64,000 bases of DNA from Kineosphaera sp. (GTDB lineage: Bacteria > Actinomycetota > Actinomycetes > Actinomycetales > Dermatophilaceae), in contig JBDIAP010000002.1 of the NCBI GenBank assembly GCA_039812485.1, forward strand, positions 33-64,032, written 5' to 3'. Positions 9,718 through 22,713 of the stretch are shown one piece after another. The notes beneath the pieces were generated by a model, which saw only the letters and a list, made by a program, of their open reading frames with translations, was not told the origin of the DNA and ran no database searches. The translations under genes and the position numbers were made by a program. The stretch's first letter is position 1; each line of letters starts with the position of its first letter.

Positions 9718-11013
9718 ATGACCCCACGCCCCCTGCTCAGTGCCGCCTGCGCGCTGGGACTTGCGCTCCCCGCCGCCGCCGTGGCGGGCCAGGTCGGCCA
9801 CGCCGCGCCGGCCGTGTCTGCCGCCGCCACCGTCGCTGCGCCGGCGCGGACCCAACCGGCCGCGGCCTCCAGCACCATGGAGGTGGCGATCTCGCGCACG
9901 CTCAACGCCGCCTCCAAGAGCCAGTATCTCGGCGCGGGCCTCAGCGGCTACGTCGTCGACAGCGGCACCGGCGAGGTCATCTGGTCGCGCAACGTCTCGC
10001 GCACCCGCATGCCGGCCTCGACGCAGAAGGTCATCACCGCCTACGTCGCGCTGCGCACCCTGCACCCACGGGCGCAGATCATCACCAAGACCGTGCAGTC
10101 GCAGTCGAATCCGGGCAACGTCTATCTCGTCGGCGCCGGCGATCCGACCCTGACGAAGGCCCGGCTCGTGAGCCTCGCGAGCCGCACCGCTCAGGCCCTC
10201 GCGGCTCAGGGCCGCACGAGCGTCAACCTCTACCTCGACGACACCGTCTTCCCGCGGCCCACGCTGGCGCAGGGCTGGAAGGGCGACTACCTGTCGAGCG
10301 ACGTGCAGCTCGTGCGGGGTCTGACGATGGCCGGCTACCGCGGCAAGGACGGCGCGGTCGCCGCCGGCACGGTCGTCAAGGCGGAGTTCGTCAAGCGCGG
10401 CATCACCGTCGGCGAGTTCAGCCGCGGCACGGCGCCGGAGACCCGCGACGTGCTCGCGGAGAGCTGGTCACCGACGATCGCCGCGATCCTGTCCTCGATG
10501 CTCAACTACAGCAACAACGACTACGCCGAATACCTGCTGCGACTCTCGGCGCAGCGCGCCGGCGAGCCCACGACCTGGGCCGGCGCCCTCGGCCACGCCC
10601 GCAGCGTGCTCGCGCAGGGCGACATCACGACGACCGGCTACGTCGCCCGCGACGGCTCGGGCCTCTCGCGCAGCAACCGGATGCCGGTGCGCACGCTCGT
10701 CGACACGGTCGCCAAGCTGCACGCCAACCCCACCGACCGGGCCATCGTCTTCGCGCGGGGGGCGCTGCCGCGCGCGGGCCAGACGGGCACGCTCGCCTCG
10801 CGCTACAAGTCGACGGCCCAGCGCTGCGCGGTCGGCAAGGTCATCGCCAAGACCGGCACCCTCAACGACGTCGTCGGGCTGGCGGGCGTCGCCGAGGGAG
10901 TCGACGGCCGAGACCGCATCTTCGCCTTCCTCGAGAACGGCAACCGCAAGACCGCCGCGGTGCGCAACGCTGTCGACACGCTGGCAACGACGGCCGTGGG
11001 CTGCCGCCTCTGA
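9718..11013 (+). CDS. dacB: D-alanyl-D-alanine carboxypeptidase/endopeptidase (peptidase S13, PBP4)
   Basis: Signal peptide, SxxK (PASTQK), SxN (YSNN), DGSGLSR, KTGT. Confidence 0.88.
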   Translation: MTPRPLLSAACALGLALPAAAVAGQVGHAAPAVSAAATVAAPARTQPAAASSTMEVAISRTLNAASKSQYLGAGLSGYVVDSGTGEVIWSRNVSRTRMPASTQKVITAYVALRTLHPRAQIITKTVQSQSNPGNVYLVGAGDPTLTKARLVSLASRTAQALAAQGRTSVNLYLDDTVFPRPTLAQGWKGDYLSSDVQLVRGLTMAGYRGKDGAVAAGTVVKAEFVKRGITVGEFSRGTAPETRDVLAESWSPTIAAILSSMLNYSNNDYAEYLLRLSAQRAGEPTTWAGALGHARSVLAQGDITTTGYVARDGSGLSRSNRMPVRTLVDTVAKLHANPTDRAIVFARGALPRAGQTGTLASRYKSTAQRCAVGKVIAKTGTLNDVVGLAGVAEGVDGRDRIFAFLENGNRKTAAVRNAVDTLATTAVGCRL

Positions 11014-11167
11014 CCGGGCTGCACGGAGGCTCGCTCGCGTCGGGTAGACTCCCCAGACGTTCCTTCCGGTCGCCTCGTCGGCGCCGAGAGGACGCGCCGA
11101 GCAACTCGACCCACCGACTGGACCATCACCGAACATGTGTTGGATACGTGTGAGTTGAGCTGCAGTT

Positions 11168-11238
11168 GCGAGCGTAGTTCAATGGTAGAACATCAGCTTC
11201 CCAAGCTGAATACGCGGGTTCGATTCCCGTCGCTCGCT
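11168..11238 (+). tRNA. tRNA-Gly(CCC); CCA end not encoded
   Basis: GCGAGCG/CGCTCGC acceptor stem, tagttcaatggtagaa D arm, CCC anticodon in ttcccaa, ggttcgattccc T arm. The discriminator is followed by CGA. Confidence 0.97.
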
Positions 11239-11244
11239 CGACAG

Positions 11245-11283
11245 GCCAGAGGCCCCGCGATCACAGGTCGCGGGGCCTCTGGC
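11245..11283 (+). terminator. Terminator hairpin after the tRNA
   Basis: Perfect 16-bp stem gccagaggccccgcga / tcgcggggcctctggc. Confidence 0.8.
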
Positions 11284-11345
11284 ATGTGGCCAGTGGCCTG
11301 TGGCATGTGGCCTGTGGAGCGAGGGCATGTGGCCTGTGGAGCGAG
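11280..11345. repeat. Heptamer GTGGCNN microsatellite-like array
   Basis: GTGG(C/A) occurs at 11286, 11293, 11300, 11307, 11314, 11329 and 11336. Confidence 0.75.
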
Positions 11346-11361
11346 CCGAGCCGGGCGCGGT

Positions 11362-11493
11362 TCACCACCACGCGGGCACCCGCGCACGACCGGCGAGCCA
11401 TGGCGAGTCCGGCGCGTCACGGACGCGGCGGTGCGTGCGCTCGAGCTGCGCGACGATTCCGAGGACGACGAGGATGAAGAGCAGCAGTGTCAT
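11362..11493 (-). CDS. Small single-TM protein (43 aa), divergent from the GlxA-type regulator
   Basis: MTLLLFILVVLGIVAQLERTHRR: a hydrophobic helix followed by a basic LERxHRR patch. Confidence 0.5.
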   Translation of the reverse strand: MTLLLFILVVLGIVAQLERTHRRVRDAPDSPWLAGRARVPAWW

Positions 11494-11529
11494 GGCAGTA
11501 AGTGTGTGGCCGCCGACTTTCCGCCAACA

Positions 11530-11545
11530 GTGGCAGCCATGCCAC
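11530..11545. promoter_or_regulatory. Palindrome in the divergent promoter region
   Basis: GTGGCA-GCCA-TGCCAC. Confidence 0.5.
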
Positions 11546-11575
11546 GTATGACAATTTTCCTGCCACACTGGGTCG

Positions 11576-12526
11576 ATGCCACTGCGCTCCGTCGCCGTCC
11601 TCCTTCCACCGCTGCCCTCACCCTTCGAGTTCGGCGTCATCTTCGAGGTCTTCGGCATCGACCGTTCCGACGACGGGGTGCCCGCCTTCGACTTCCGGGC
11701 CTGCGCGCAGCAAGCCGGGACACCGGTGCCGATGGGGCAGGGGATGTCGATCGTCGCGCCCTACGACTTCGACGGTGCGATCGGCGCCGACGTCGTGGTG
11801 GTCGCGGCGACCAAGAGTCGGGACTTCTCGCCCGAGCTCCTCGCCGCCGTGCGTCGCGCCCACGCCGAGGGGGCGACCCTGCTGTCGCTGTGCTCGGGCG
11901 CCTTCGTGCTCGCCGCCGCCGGCCTGCTCGACGGGCGGCGCTGCACGAGCCACTGGTTCCACACGCAGGAGTTCCGGCGCGACCACCCGCTCGTCGACAT
12001 CGACCCCGACGTGCTCTTCGTCGACGAGGGCGACATCATCACCAGCGCCGGCACCGCGGCGGGCATCGACGCCTGCCTGCATCTCGTGCGCCGCGAGCTG
12101 GGAGCCGGGGTCGCGACACGCATCGCCCGCCGCATGGTGGTGCCGCCGCAGCGCGACGGTGGCCAGAGGCAGTTCATCGACCGCCCGATCCCGACGACGG
12201 CCGGCGACAGCCTCGCGCCGCTGCTGGAGTGGATGGCGGCGCATCTCGACGTCGAACAGAACGTCGGCGGCCTCGCCCGGCGAGCGGCGATGTCACCGCG
12301 GACCTTCGCGCGGCGCTTCGTCGCCGAGACCGGCACGACCCCGGCCCAATGGCTCATCCAGCGCCGCCTCGACCTCGCGCGGCGGCTGCTCGAGCAGACC
12401 GAGCTGCCCATCGAGGCCGTGGCGACCAAGAGCGGGTTCGGCAGCGCCACCGCCCTGCGACAACACTTCGGGCGGGCGGTCGGCATCCCGCCGGCCGACT
12501 ACCGCAGGGCCTTCGCCACGACGTGA
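11576..12526 (+). CDS. GlxA-family AraC regulator (DJ-1/PfpI + HTH)
   Basis: SLCSGAFVLAAAGLLDGR, TSAGTAAGID, MSPRTFARRF, C-terminal HTH. Confidence 0.92.
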   Translation: MPLRSVAVLLPPLPSPFEFGVIFEVFGIDRSDDGVPAFDFRACAQQAGTPVPMGQGMSIVAPYDFDGAIGADVVVVAATKSRDFSPELLAAVRRAHAEGATLLSLCSGAFVLAAAGLLDGRRCTSHWFHTQEFRRDHPLVDIDPDVLFVDEGDIITSAGTAAGIDACLHLVRRELGAGVATRIARRMVVPPQRDGGQRQFIDRPIPTTAGDSLAPLLEWMAAHLDVEQNVGGLARRAAMSPRTFARRFVAETGTTPAQWLIQRRLDLARRLLEQTELPIEAVATKSGFGSATALRQHFGRAVGIPPADYRRAFATT

Positions 12527-12538
12527 CGCGCCGGCCGG

Positions 12539-14257
12539 CTACTGCCCGTCGCCCGGCCCCTCGACGCCCGCCCCCTCAACGCCCGACTCCCCGACGCCCG
12601 GCTCCTCGACGCCCGGCTCCTCGACGGTCGGTTCCTCGCCCGGCTCCTCGGCGGTCGCGCCCTGGTCGCCGAGAGCCCGGGCCAGCGCGGCCTCCACGCG
12701 GGCGGTGTTGTCGACCAGGCGCTGGGTCTCGCGACCGATGAGCACGCCGTAGCTGTAGGTGTCCTCCCCCGCGGCGCGCGCCGCGGCCGCGATGCGGCGC
12801 AGCTCCGCGCGCGCGACGACGGCGTCCTGGTGGTCGCCGAGCAGCTCTTGCAGATCGACCCACGCCGCGAGGGCCTCCTTGGGATCGGCGCGGATCGGGG
12901 CCTCGTCGGGCGCGGTGTCGTCGCACTCCGCGCCGGGGTCGTCCTGCACGGCGTCGGCGAACTTCGTCGCGGCCTCCACGGCATACCGCGCCGCCTTGCC
13001 CTTCTTGCGCACCTCGTGCAACTCGTGCTCCCGCGCCGCCGGCGTCTCGGCCTCGTCCGCAAGGTGCGCCCGGCTCTCGACCCGGCGCGTCGCCGCGAGC
13101 AGCAGGTCGCTGAGGGTGCGCCGGGAGCGCTCCTTCCACGGCAGATGCAGGAGGAATTCGACGAGCCCGCTCAGCAGCCGCTCGTAGCGAGCCCCGGCGA
13201 GGGCCACGACGACGTGCGCGTGGGCCCGGGCGTGGGCACGGTCGAGCTCGCGGTGCAGCCGCCGCCGGATGCCGCCGTGCACGTCGCCGCGCGGCAGGTC
13301 GTCGAGCTCGGCCAGGATGCGCTCGCGCACGACCTCGCCGTCGCGGGCGCCGGCGAGGGTGCGCGTCAGCCAGCGCACCTGGGTGCGCACGCGCTGGGTC
13401 TGCTCCTTGTCGAGCCACGGCCGGATCGTGCGCAGCGTGGCACGCAGCCGCCGGGTCGCCACACGCATCTTGTGGACGGCGTCGGGCGCGTCGTCGCGCA
13501 CGTCGTCGGTGAGCGCCTGGATGACACCGACCTGCGCGGCGGCGTAGCGCCACACGGCAAGCCGCGAGCCGGTGACGTCGGCCTCGATCGACACGTCGGC
13601 GGGCACCGCGGCCGACAGCCCAGGCTCGAGACCGAGATCCGCCAACGCTCGGGCCAGCTTCGACGGCGACTCGCCGGGCCGCAGCCCGGACCGCTCGAAG
13701 GCCTCGACGATCGCGGGCAGCGCGCCCCGCGCCGCCGGACTCCGGCCGACAAGCTCGACCTCGACCTCCCGCCAGGCGACGACCTCGGCCTCGGCACCGG
13801 GGCGCCAGGCCTGCACCGAGTCGTCCTCGACGAGGGCGAGCACGCCGCCGTCGGCGTCGAGCAGCTCGCGGCGCACCCGCACGGTGCGCAGCACGCACAC
13901 CGGCATGAGCAGCTCGCGACCGACGATGTCGGCCACCTCTGCACGCAACAGTGTGGGGACCTGGCTGCGCTTGCCGCCCGCGGGCTCGTGGAATTCCCGG
14001 CGCTGGAGCGCCCCGTCGGGGCTCGGCCCGCCGGGGGTCTTGAGGTGCCAGCCGGCGTCGGTGCCGCCCGTGCGTCGGCGCAGCGTGCACTTCGCGGCGA
14101 GCAGCGCCAGGTCGGGGGTGTCGTGATAGATGGCCGTCTGCGTCATGCGGCGGGCCGCTCCGACGCTCGCGATCGGGCCGACACCGGCCAGGCGGGGCAA
14201 GCGGGCGTCGGCGGGGATGTCGAACTTGAGTTCGGTCTCCAAGGCAACCTCGGGCAC
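12539..14257 (-). CDS. CYTH and CHAD domain protein
   Basis: ETELKF (CYTH ExExK), LRRRTGGTDAGWHLK, VHKMRVATRRLR, HEVRKKGK. The tail has EEPGV repeats. Confidence 0.9.
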   Translation of the reverse strand: MPEVALETELKFDIPADARLPRLAGVGPIASVGAARRMTQTAIYHDTPDLALLAAKCTLRRRTGGTDAGWHLKTPGGPSPDGALQRREFHEPAGGKRSQVPTLLRAEVADIVGRELLMPVCVLRTVRVRRELLDADGGVLALVEDDSVQAWRPGAEAEVVAWREVEVELVGRSPAARGALPAIVEAFERSGLRPGESPSKLARALADLGLEPGLSAAVPADVSIEADVTGSRLAVWRYAAAQVGVIQALTDDVRDDAPDAVHKMRVATRRLRATLRTIRPWLDKEQTQRVRTQVRWLTRTLAGARDGEVVRERILAELDDLPRGDVHGGIRRRLHRELDRAHARAHAHVVVALAGARYERLLSGLVEFLLHLPWKERSRRTLSDLLLAATRRVESRAHLADEAETPAAREHELHEVRKKGKAARYAVEAATKFADAVQDDPGAECDDTAPDEAPIRADPKEALAAWVDLQELLGDHQDAVVARAELRRIAAAARAAGEDTYSYGVLIGRETQRLVDNTARVEAALARALGDQGATAEEPGEEPTVEEPGVEEPGVGESGVEGAGVEGPGDGQ

Positions 14258-14412
14258 CCGGTCAGTCTAGGGACGCCCGCCCGTCGCCGCGCCGACACGC
14301 GCTCGCCCCCGACCGCCGGTGCACCGGGGGCGGCTGCCGGTGGTCCCACAATGGCCCGAGTGACGCTCCGCCGCAGGCGCCTTGCGGACCGCGGCGATGC
14401 CGTGCACAATCA

Positions 14413-14430
14413 TGTTACTGACGAGTAACA
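14413..14430. promoter_or_regulatory. Palindromic operator upstream of the acyl-CoA dehydrogenase
   Basis: TGTTACT-GACG-AGTAACA, about 60 nt before the start. Confidence 0.7.
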
Positions 14431-14490
14431 ACAAGAGACGTTCCCGACCGCGGGTCGAAGGACGTCGGTCCGGGTGACAAAGGGGCAACC

Positions 14491-16380
14491 GTGAGCCACT
14501 ACAAGAGCAACGTGCGCGATCTGGAGTTCAACCTGTTCGAGGTGCTCGGGCGGCAGGACATCCTCGGAGAGGGGCCCTTCGGGGACGTCGACGCCGACGT
14601 CGCCCGGGAGATCCTGCACGAGGTGGCGCGCCTGGCCGAGAACGAGCTCGGCGAGAGCCTGCTGGAGTCCGACCGCAACCCACCCGTCTTCGACCCGAGC
14701 ACCGGCTCGGTGACGCTGCCGGAGTCGTTCAAGCGCTCCTACAAGGCGTATGTCGACGCGGGCTGGGGCAACCTCAACGTGCACGGCGACCTCGGCGGCA
14801 CCGTGGCCCCGCCGTCGCTGCGGTGGGCCGTGGCCGAACTCGTGCTCGGGGCCAACCCGGCGCTCTACATGTATACGGCCGGCTTCGGCTTCGCCTCGAT
14901 CCTCTACGAGCTCGGCACCCCGGAGCAGAAGAAGATCGCCGCGCACATGGTCGAGAAGCAGTGGGGCTCGACGATGGTGCTCACCGAGCCCGACGCGGGC
15001 TCCGACGTCGGCGCCGGCCGGGCCAAGGCCACCCAGAACGCCGACGGCACGTGGAACATCACCGGCGTCAAGCGCTTCATCACGTCGGCCGAGCACGACC
15101 TGTCCGACAACATCATCCATCTCGTGCTCGCCCGCCCCGAGGGCGCCGGCGGCGGCACCAAGGGGCTCTCGCTCTTCTGCGTGCCCAAGTATCACCTCGA
15201 CGTCGAGACCGGGGAGCTCGGCGAGCGCAACGGCGTCTATGTCACGAACGTCGAGCACAAGATGGGTCTCAAGGTCAGCACGACGTGCGAAGTGCGTTTC
15301 GGCGAGAAGGAGCCCGCGGTCGGCACTCTCGTCGGCGACGTGCACGACGGCATCGCGCAGATGTTCCGCGTCATCGAATACGCCCGCATGATGGTCGGCA
15401 CCAAGGCGATCGCGACGCTCTCCTCGGGCTACCTCAACGCGCTCGCCTACGCCAAGGAACGCGTGCAGGGCGCCGACATGACACAGATGGCCGACAAGTC
15501 GGCCCCGCGCGTGACGATCACCCACCACCCCGACGTGCGCCGCTCGCTCATACTCCAGAAGGCGTATGCCGAGGGGCTGCGCGCACTCGTGCTCTACACC
15601 GCGACCCTGCAGGACACGGTCGCCCGGCACGAGCTCGAGGCGCACGGCACGACCTCCGGCACGCCCGAGGAGGTCGACGCCGAGGTCGACATGGCCGCCC
15701 GCGTCAACGACCTGCTGCTGCCCGTCGTCAAGGCCGTCGGCTCCGAGCGCGCGTGGGTGCTGCTCGGCACCGAGTCGCTGCAGACCTATGGCGGGTCGGG
15801 CTTCCTGCAGGACTATCCCGTCGAGCAGTACGTGCGCGACGCCAAGATCGACACCCTCTATGAGGGCACGACCGCGATCCAGGGCATGGACTTCTTCTTC
15901 CGCAAGATCATCCGCGACAAGGGCGGCGCGCTGGGGCACATCGCCGAGCAGATCCAGGCCTTCGTCACCGGCGGGGGCGACGGCGACCCGCTGGCCACCG
16001 AGCGCAAGCTGCTCGGCCGCGCCGGCGAAGACGTGCAGGCGATCCTCGGCTTCATGGTCGGCGAGCTCATGAAGTCGGACCCGCGCACCGGCGAGGACAA
16101 CGACCCGCGCAACCTCTACAAGATCGGGCTGAACACGACGCGGCTGCTCATGGCCGCGGGCGACGTCATGGTCGGGTGGCTGCTGCTGCGGCAGGCCGTC
16201 GTGGCGCTCGACGCGCTGGGGCGCGAGGGGCTCTCCGAGGGCGACCGGGCCTTCTACACGGGCAAGGTGGCGGCGGCGCGATTCTTCGCCCGCACGGTGC
16301 TGCCGCTGCTCGCGGGCGAACGAGACGTCGCGACGCACACCGACAACGCGCTCATGGACCTGCCCGAAGACGCGTTCTGA
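14491..16380 (+). CDS. Acyl-CoA dehydrogenase (long, FadE5-like)
   Basis: [44 protein letters not shown]. Confidence 0.93.
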   Translation: MSHYKSNVRDLEFNLFEVLGRQDILGEGPFGDVDADVAREILHEVARLAENELGESLLESDRNPPVFDPSTGSVTLPESFKRSYKAYVDAGWGNLNVHGDLGGTVAPPSLRWAVAELVLGANPALYMYTAGFGFASILYELGTPEQKKIAAHMVEKQWGSTMVLTEPDAGSDVGAGRAKATQNADGTWNITGVKRFITSAEHDLSDNIIHLVLARPEGAGGGTKGLSLFCVPKYHLDVETGELGERNGVYVTNVEHKMGLKVSTTCEVRFGEKEPAVGTLVGDVHDGIAQMFRVIEYARMMVGTKAIATLSSGYLNALAYAKERVQGADMTQMADKSAPRVTITHHPDVRRSLILQKAYAEGLRALVLYTATLQDTVARHELEAHGTTSGTPEEVDAEVDMAARVNDLLLPVVKAVGSERAWVLLGTESLQTYGGSGFLQDYPVEQYVRDAKIDTLYEGTTAIQGMDFFFRKIIRDKGGALGHIAEQIQAFVTGGGDGDPLATERKLLGRAGEDVQAILGFMVGELMKSDPRTGEDNDPRNLYKIGLNTTRLLMAAGDVMVGWLLLRQAVVALDALGREGLSEGDRAFYTGKVAAARFFARTVLPLLAGERDVATHTDNALMDLPEDAF

Positions 16381-16418
16381 GTCGCACGGAGCCCCTCGTG
16401 CGCCGCTCGGGCACGAGA

Positions 16419-16447
16419 AGGCCGGCGCCCCCCGAGGGCGCCGGCTT
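16419..16447. terminator. Hairpin between convergent genes
   Basis: gccggcgccc-cccga-gggcgccggc. Confidence 0.65.
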
Positions 16448-16509
16448 CCGGGCAAGTCTTGCGGGGCGGACACAGCGGCGAAAACCAGTGTCCAGATCGC
16501 GGGACGAGC

Positions 16510-17196
16510 TCATCCCGGCAACCGGTCCCGCAGCCGGCGCGCGGCGGTCTCCGGATCGTCCGCGCCGGTGATCGCCCGCACGACGACGATGCGGGTGGCG
16601 CCGGCGTCGAGCACGTCGCCGAGCGTGGACTCGTCGATGCCGCCGATCGCGAACCACGGCTTGGGCTGCGGCCCCCGAGCGGCGGCGCGCACGATGTCGA
16701 GGCCGACGCCCGGGCGTCCGGGCTTCGTCGGGGTGGCCCACAGGGGGCCGGTGCAGAAGTAGTCGACGTCGGCGTCGTCGCGCGCGGCGTCCAGCTGCCG
16801 GGCGTCGTGGGTGGAGCGGCCCAGCAGGGCATGAGGCGCGACCCGGCGCGCGGCCACCGGCGGCAGGTCGCCCTGACCCACGTGCAGCACGTCGGCGCCG
16901 GCCAGCTGCGCGACGTCGGCGCGGTCGTTGACGCTGAACAGCGCCCCCGCCTCCCCGGCCCGGCGCGCGAGGATCTCCAGCAGCTCGAGCTCGCGCGCGG
17001 CCTCCAGCGTCTTGTCACGCAGCTGCACGATGTCGACGCCGCCGGCGTAGGCGGCCGCCACGAAGTCGTCGAAGTCGCCCTGCGCCTCGCGCGCGTCGGT
17101 GCACAGGTAGAGGCGTGCGGAGGCCAGGCGGGCGCCGGCCCCGCGGCGCGCGCCGTCGGCCGGCGTCTCGAGGGGCTGCGGATGCGGTGTGCTCAC
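16510..17196 (-). CDS. thiE: Thiamine-phosphate synthase
   Basis: [42 protein letters not shown]. Confidence 0.93.
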   Translation of the reverse strand: MSTPHPQPLETPADGARRGAGARLASARLYLCTDAREAQGDFDDFVAAAYAGGVDIVQLRDKTLEAARELELLEILARRAGEAGALFSVNDRADVAQLAGADVLHVGQGDLPPVAARRVAPHALLGRSTHDARQLDAARDDADVDYFCTGPLWATPTKPGRPGVGLDIVRAAARGPQPKPWFAIGGIDESTLGDVLDAGATRIVVVRAITGADDPETAARRLRDRLPG

Positions 17197-17332
17197 CGGA
17201 ACACCGTAGGCCCGCGTCGCCCGGCTCACCGTGGCAGCCGCCGAGGCCGACCCTGCGACCACACCGAGACCAACCGGGACGATCTGCCGGGGCGATCTGC
17301 CGGGCGCAGGTGAGCGCGTTACGGTGGGGGCA

Positions 17333-17441
17333 CTCCGCGGGAGCCACGACGCGCGGTCGCTGCGACCGCCCCGGTGGCTGAGAGGGCGCCCGGCGGGCGC
17401 CGACCGCTCGAACCTGTCCGGGTCATGCCGGCGAAGGGAGG
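17333..17441 (+). ncRNA. TPP riboswitch
   Basis: GGGAGCC...CTGAGAGG...GACCG-TCGAACCTG-TCCGGGTCATGCCGGCGAAGGGAG, directly before thiO and covering its RBS. Confidence 0.93.
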
Positions 17442-17445
17442 ACGG

Positions 17446-18645
17446 ATGCACGTCATCGTCGTCGGAGCGGGACTCGTCGGGCTCGCCGTCGCCTGGCGCG
17501 CACGGCAGTGCGGGGCACAGGTCACGGTCGTCGACCCCGCGCCGGCCTCGGGCGCTACCCACGCGGCGGCCGGCATGCTCGCGCCGGTCGCCGAGACCTA
17601 CTACCAGGAGGAAGCGCTCGGGCGACTCTGCCTGGCCTCCAACGCGCGCTATCCGGGGTTCGTCGACGAGGTCTCGGGTGCACTGGGCCGGACCCGCGCG
17701 GACGTCGGCTATCTGGCGACCCGCACCCTCGTCGTCGGCGCCGACGCCGCCGACCGCGGCACCCTCACCGACCTGCACGAGCTGAGCGTCTCGCTCGGGC
17801 TCCCGTCACGCGTCGTCGGCACCCGCGACGCCCGGCGCCTCGAGCCGCTGCTCGGCCCGGGGCTCTCGTGCGCGTTCCTCGCCGACGGCGACCACCAGGT
17901 CGACCCGCGGCGCCTCGCCGCGGCGCTGCTGGAGGCGCTGCCCGGCGCCGGCGTCCACCTCGTGGCCGAGCCCGTCGCCGCGGTGGTCAGCAGCGGTGGG
18001 ACGGCGCGCGGTGTCCGCCTCCTCGACGGTAGGCAGCTCGACGCCGACGCGGTGGTGCTCGCCAACGCGGTCGGTGCCCACGACGTCGCGGGCCTCGACA
18101 CCCTCGGCGTCGACCTGAGCCGGGCGCTGCGACCCGTCTACGGCGACGTGCTGCGAGTCGACGCGCCGGACAGCCTGCGCGGCCTGGTCACGGGCACGGT
18201 GCGCGGCCTCGTCGGGGGGCGCCCCGTCTATCTCGTGCCGCGGGCGGACGGCTCGCTCGTGCTCGGCGCGACGTCGCGCGAAGACGGCAACCCCCGAGTC
18301 AGCGTGGGCGGCGTCCACGACCTGCTGCGCGACGCCATCCGGCTCGTGCCCGCGCTCGCCGAGTTCGCGCTGCTGGAGTCGGTGGCGCGGGCTCGGCCCG
18401 GCACGCCCGACAACGCACCGCTGCTGGGGTCGCCGGCGCCGGGACTTCTCACGGCGACCGGCACGTTCCGCAACGGCATCCTGCTGGCTCCGGCGGTCGC
18501 CGACACGGTCGCCTACCTGCTCGGGCTCGTGCCGGAGGCGCCGGTCGAGGACCTCGCGCCGTTCGACCCGCTGCGGTTCGCGGCAGCGCGCGAGCCGGCC
18601 GCCCGGCCACGCCGCGGCCCGACCCTCGTCAAGGAATCGTTCTGA
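17446..18645 (+). CDS. thiO: Glycine oxidase
   Basis: VVGAGLVG Rossmann motif, [22 protein letters not shown]. Confidence 0.93.
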   Translation: MHVIVVGAGLVGLAVAWRARQCGAQVTVVDPAPASGATHAAAGMLAPVAETYYQEEALGRLCLASNARYPGFVDEVSGALGRTRADVGYLATRTLVVGADAADRGTLTDLHELSVSLGLPSRVVGTRDARRLEPLLGPGLSCAFLADGDHQVDPRRLAAALLEALPGAGVHLVAEPVAAVVSSGGTARGVRLLDGRQLDADAVVLANAVGAHDVAGLDTLGVDLSRALRPVYGDVLRVDAPDSLRGLVTGTVRGLVGGRPVYLVPRADGSLVLGATSREDGNPRVSVGGVHDLLRDAIRLVPALAEFALLESVARARPGTPDNAPLLGSPAPGLLTATGTFRNGILLAPAVADTVAYLLGLVPEAPVEDLAPFDPLRFAAAREPAARPRRGPTLVKESF

Positions 18646-18656
18646 AAGGAGTCGCC

Positions 18657-20930
<2,274 letters not shown>

Positions 20931-20985
20931 CCCGGCCACGCCTGGGCGCAGGCCCGGCCCTGGGCGCGGGCCGGCCTCGACGCTG

Positions 20986-21071
20986 GCCGAGGGCTGGGGT
21001 TCTTGCCGACGGCAATTGCCGCAGCACCGGCCCTCGGCTCAAACCCCAGCCCCCGACCGGTAGAGCGGTGG
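20986..21071. repeat. REP-like palindromic element, copy A
   Basis: Aligns with 40495-40580. Internal inverted arms gggctggggtt / aaccccagccc. Confidence 0.7.
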
Positions 21072-21072
21072 C

Positions 21073-22566
21073 TCACCCCCGGCAGACGCCCTCCTCACGC
21101 GCGGCGTGCGCCACGGCGGCGGCCACGGCGGGCGCGACGCGCTCGTCGAAGACCGTCGGCACGATGTAGTCGGGCCGGGCGTCCTCGCCGACGACGTCGG
21201 CGATGGCCTCTGCGGCGACCGACTTCATCCGCTCGGTGATCCGCGTCGCGCGGGCGTCGAGTGCCCCGCGGAAGACGCCGGGGAAGGCGAGCACGTTGTT
21301 GATCTGGTTGGGGAAGTCGCTGCGGCCGGTGGCGATGACGGCGGCGATGTCGGCGATGAGCTCCGGGCGGATCTCGGGGTTGGGGTTGGCCATCGCGAAG
21401 ACGATCGGGTCGGGGGTCATCGAGCGCACGTCGTCGACGGTCAGCAGGTCGGGCCCGGCGAGTCCGACGAAGACGTCCGCACCCGCGATGACGTCGGTGA
21501 TCGTGCCCGCGAGCCGGTCGGGGTTGGTGTTGCCGGCGAACCACCGCTTGCTCGAGTTGAGGTCATCGCGCCCGGTGTGCACGGCTCCGCGCCGGTCGAC
21601 GCCGATGATGTTGCGCACTCCCGCCGCCATGAGCATCTTGCTCACCGCGACCCCGGCCGCGCCGACCCCCGCGACGACGACCTTGACGTCCTCGTGCCGC
21701 TTGCCGACGAGGCGCAGCGCGTTGCGCAGGGCCGCGACGGTGACGATCGCCGTGCCGTGCTGGTCGTCGTGGAAGACCGGGATGTCGAGGGCCTCGACGA
21801 GCCGCTCCTCGATGTCGAACGCCCCCGGGGCCGCGATGTCCTCGAGGTTGACCCCGCCGAACGTCGGCGCCAGCGCCCGCACGATCGAGACGATCTCGTC
21901 GGGGTCCTTGGTGTCGAGACAGATCGGGAACGCGTCGACGCCGGCGAAGTGCTTGAAGAGCATCGCCTTGCCCTCCATGACCGGCATCGCCGCGTGCGGG
22001 CCGATGTCGCCGAGCCCGAGCACCGCGGTGCCGTCGGAGACGATCGCGACCGTGTTCTTGCGGATCGTGTAGTCGTGCGAGACGTCGGCGTTGCGCGCGA
22101 TCTCCATGCAGACGCGGGCCACCCCGGGTGTGTAGGCCATCGCGAGGTCGTCCATGTCGACCAGCGGCGACGTGCCGACGACCTCGATCTTGCCGCCCTC
22201 GTGCATGACGTGCGTGCGGTCGTGCCACTCGAGCAGCTCGACCCCGTCGAGGGCCTCGATCGCCTCGCGCACCTGCTGCTGGTGGGCCTCGCTGCCGCAG
22301 TAGATGACGAGGTCGTCCGTGAGGTGCGACGTCTTGACGACGAAGCCTTCGAGCCCCGTGATGTTGGCGCCGACCTCGCCGATCGCGACAGCCAGGCGGC
22401 CGAGGCTGCCGGGCCGGTTGATCATGCGCACCCGCACCCGCACCGAGTAGGCGGGGGTGGGCGTCGGAGTCGTCAGGGCCGAGTCTGCGGTGGTCGAGGC
22501 GCCAGCGGTCGTCGGAGCAGCGGTCGGCGCGGGCGTGGCCGCGTCTGCGGAGGTCGTCGTCGACAT
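21073..22566 (-). CDS. NAD-dependent malic enzyme with N-terminal ACT domain
   Basis: AYTPGVA, DGTAVLGLG, MEGKAMLFK, NLEDI, HDDQHGTA, AMANP, NNVLAFPG. Confidence 0.93.
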   Translation of the reverse strand: MSTTTSADAATPAPTAAPTTAGASTTADSALTTPTPTPAYSVRVRVRMINRPGSLGRLAVAIGEVGANITGLEGFVVKTSHLTDDLVIYCGSEAHQQQVREAIEALDGVELLEWHDRTHVMHEGGKIEVVGTSPLVDMDDLAMAYTPGVARVCMEIARNADVSHDYTIRKNTVAIVSDGTAVLGLGDIGPHAAMPVMEGKAMLFKHFAGVDAFPICLDTKDPDEIVSIVRALAPTFGGVNLEDIAAPGAFDIEERLVEALDIPVFHDDQHGTAIVTVAALRNALRLVGKRHEDVKVVVAGVGAAGVAVSKMLMAAGVRNIIGVDRRGAVHTGRDDLNSSKRWFAGNTNPDRLAGTITDVIAGADVFVGLAGPDLLTVDDVRSMTPDPIVFAMANPNPEIRPELIADIAAVIATGRSDFPNQINNVLAFPGVFRGALDARATRITERMKSVAAEAIADVVGEDARPDYIVPTVFDERVAPAVAAAVAHAAREEGVCRG

Positions 22567-22713
22567 ACGTGCAGGCTACGCCGCGGGTGCGAGGCCCCCT
22601 GCAGGCGGTGCGACGCGCCCCCGATGGCGAAGGGGCGGCCCGAGCGCCGCGTAGAGTCGAGATCTCCGCCGAGCGTCGCCGGCTCGGAGCCGCGGCGCAA
22701 CGAAAGGGGCCTC

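Noticed and set aside
11168-14257. Genomic island integrated at tRNA-Gly
   Set aside because: No integrase, no duplicated tRNA 3' end seen, and no compositional shift.
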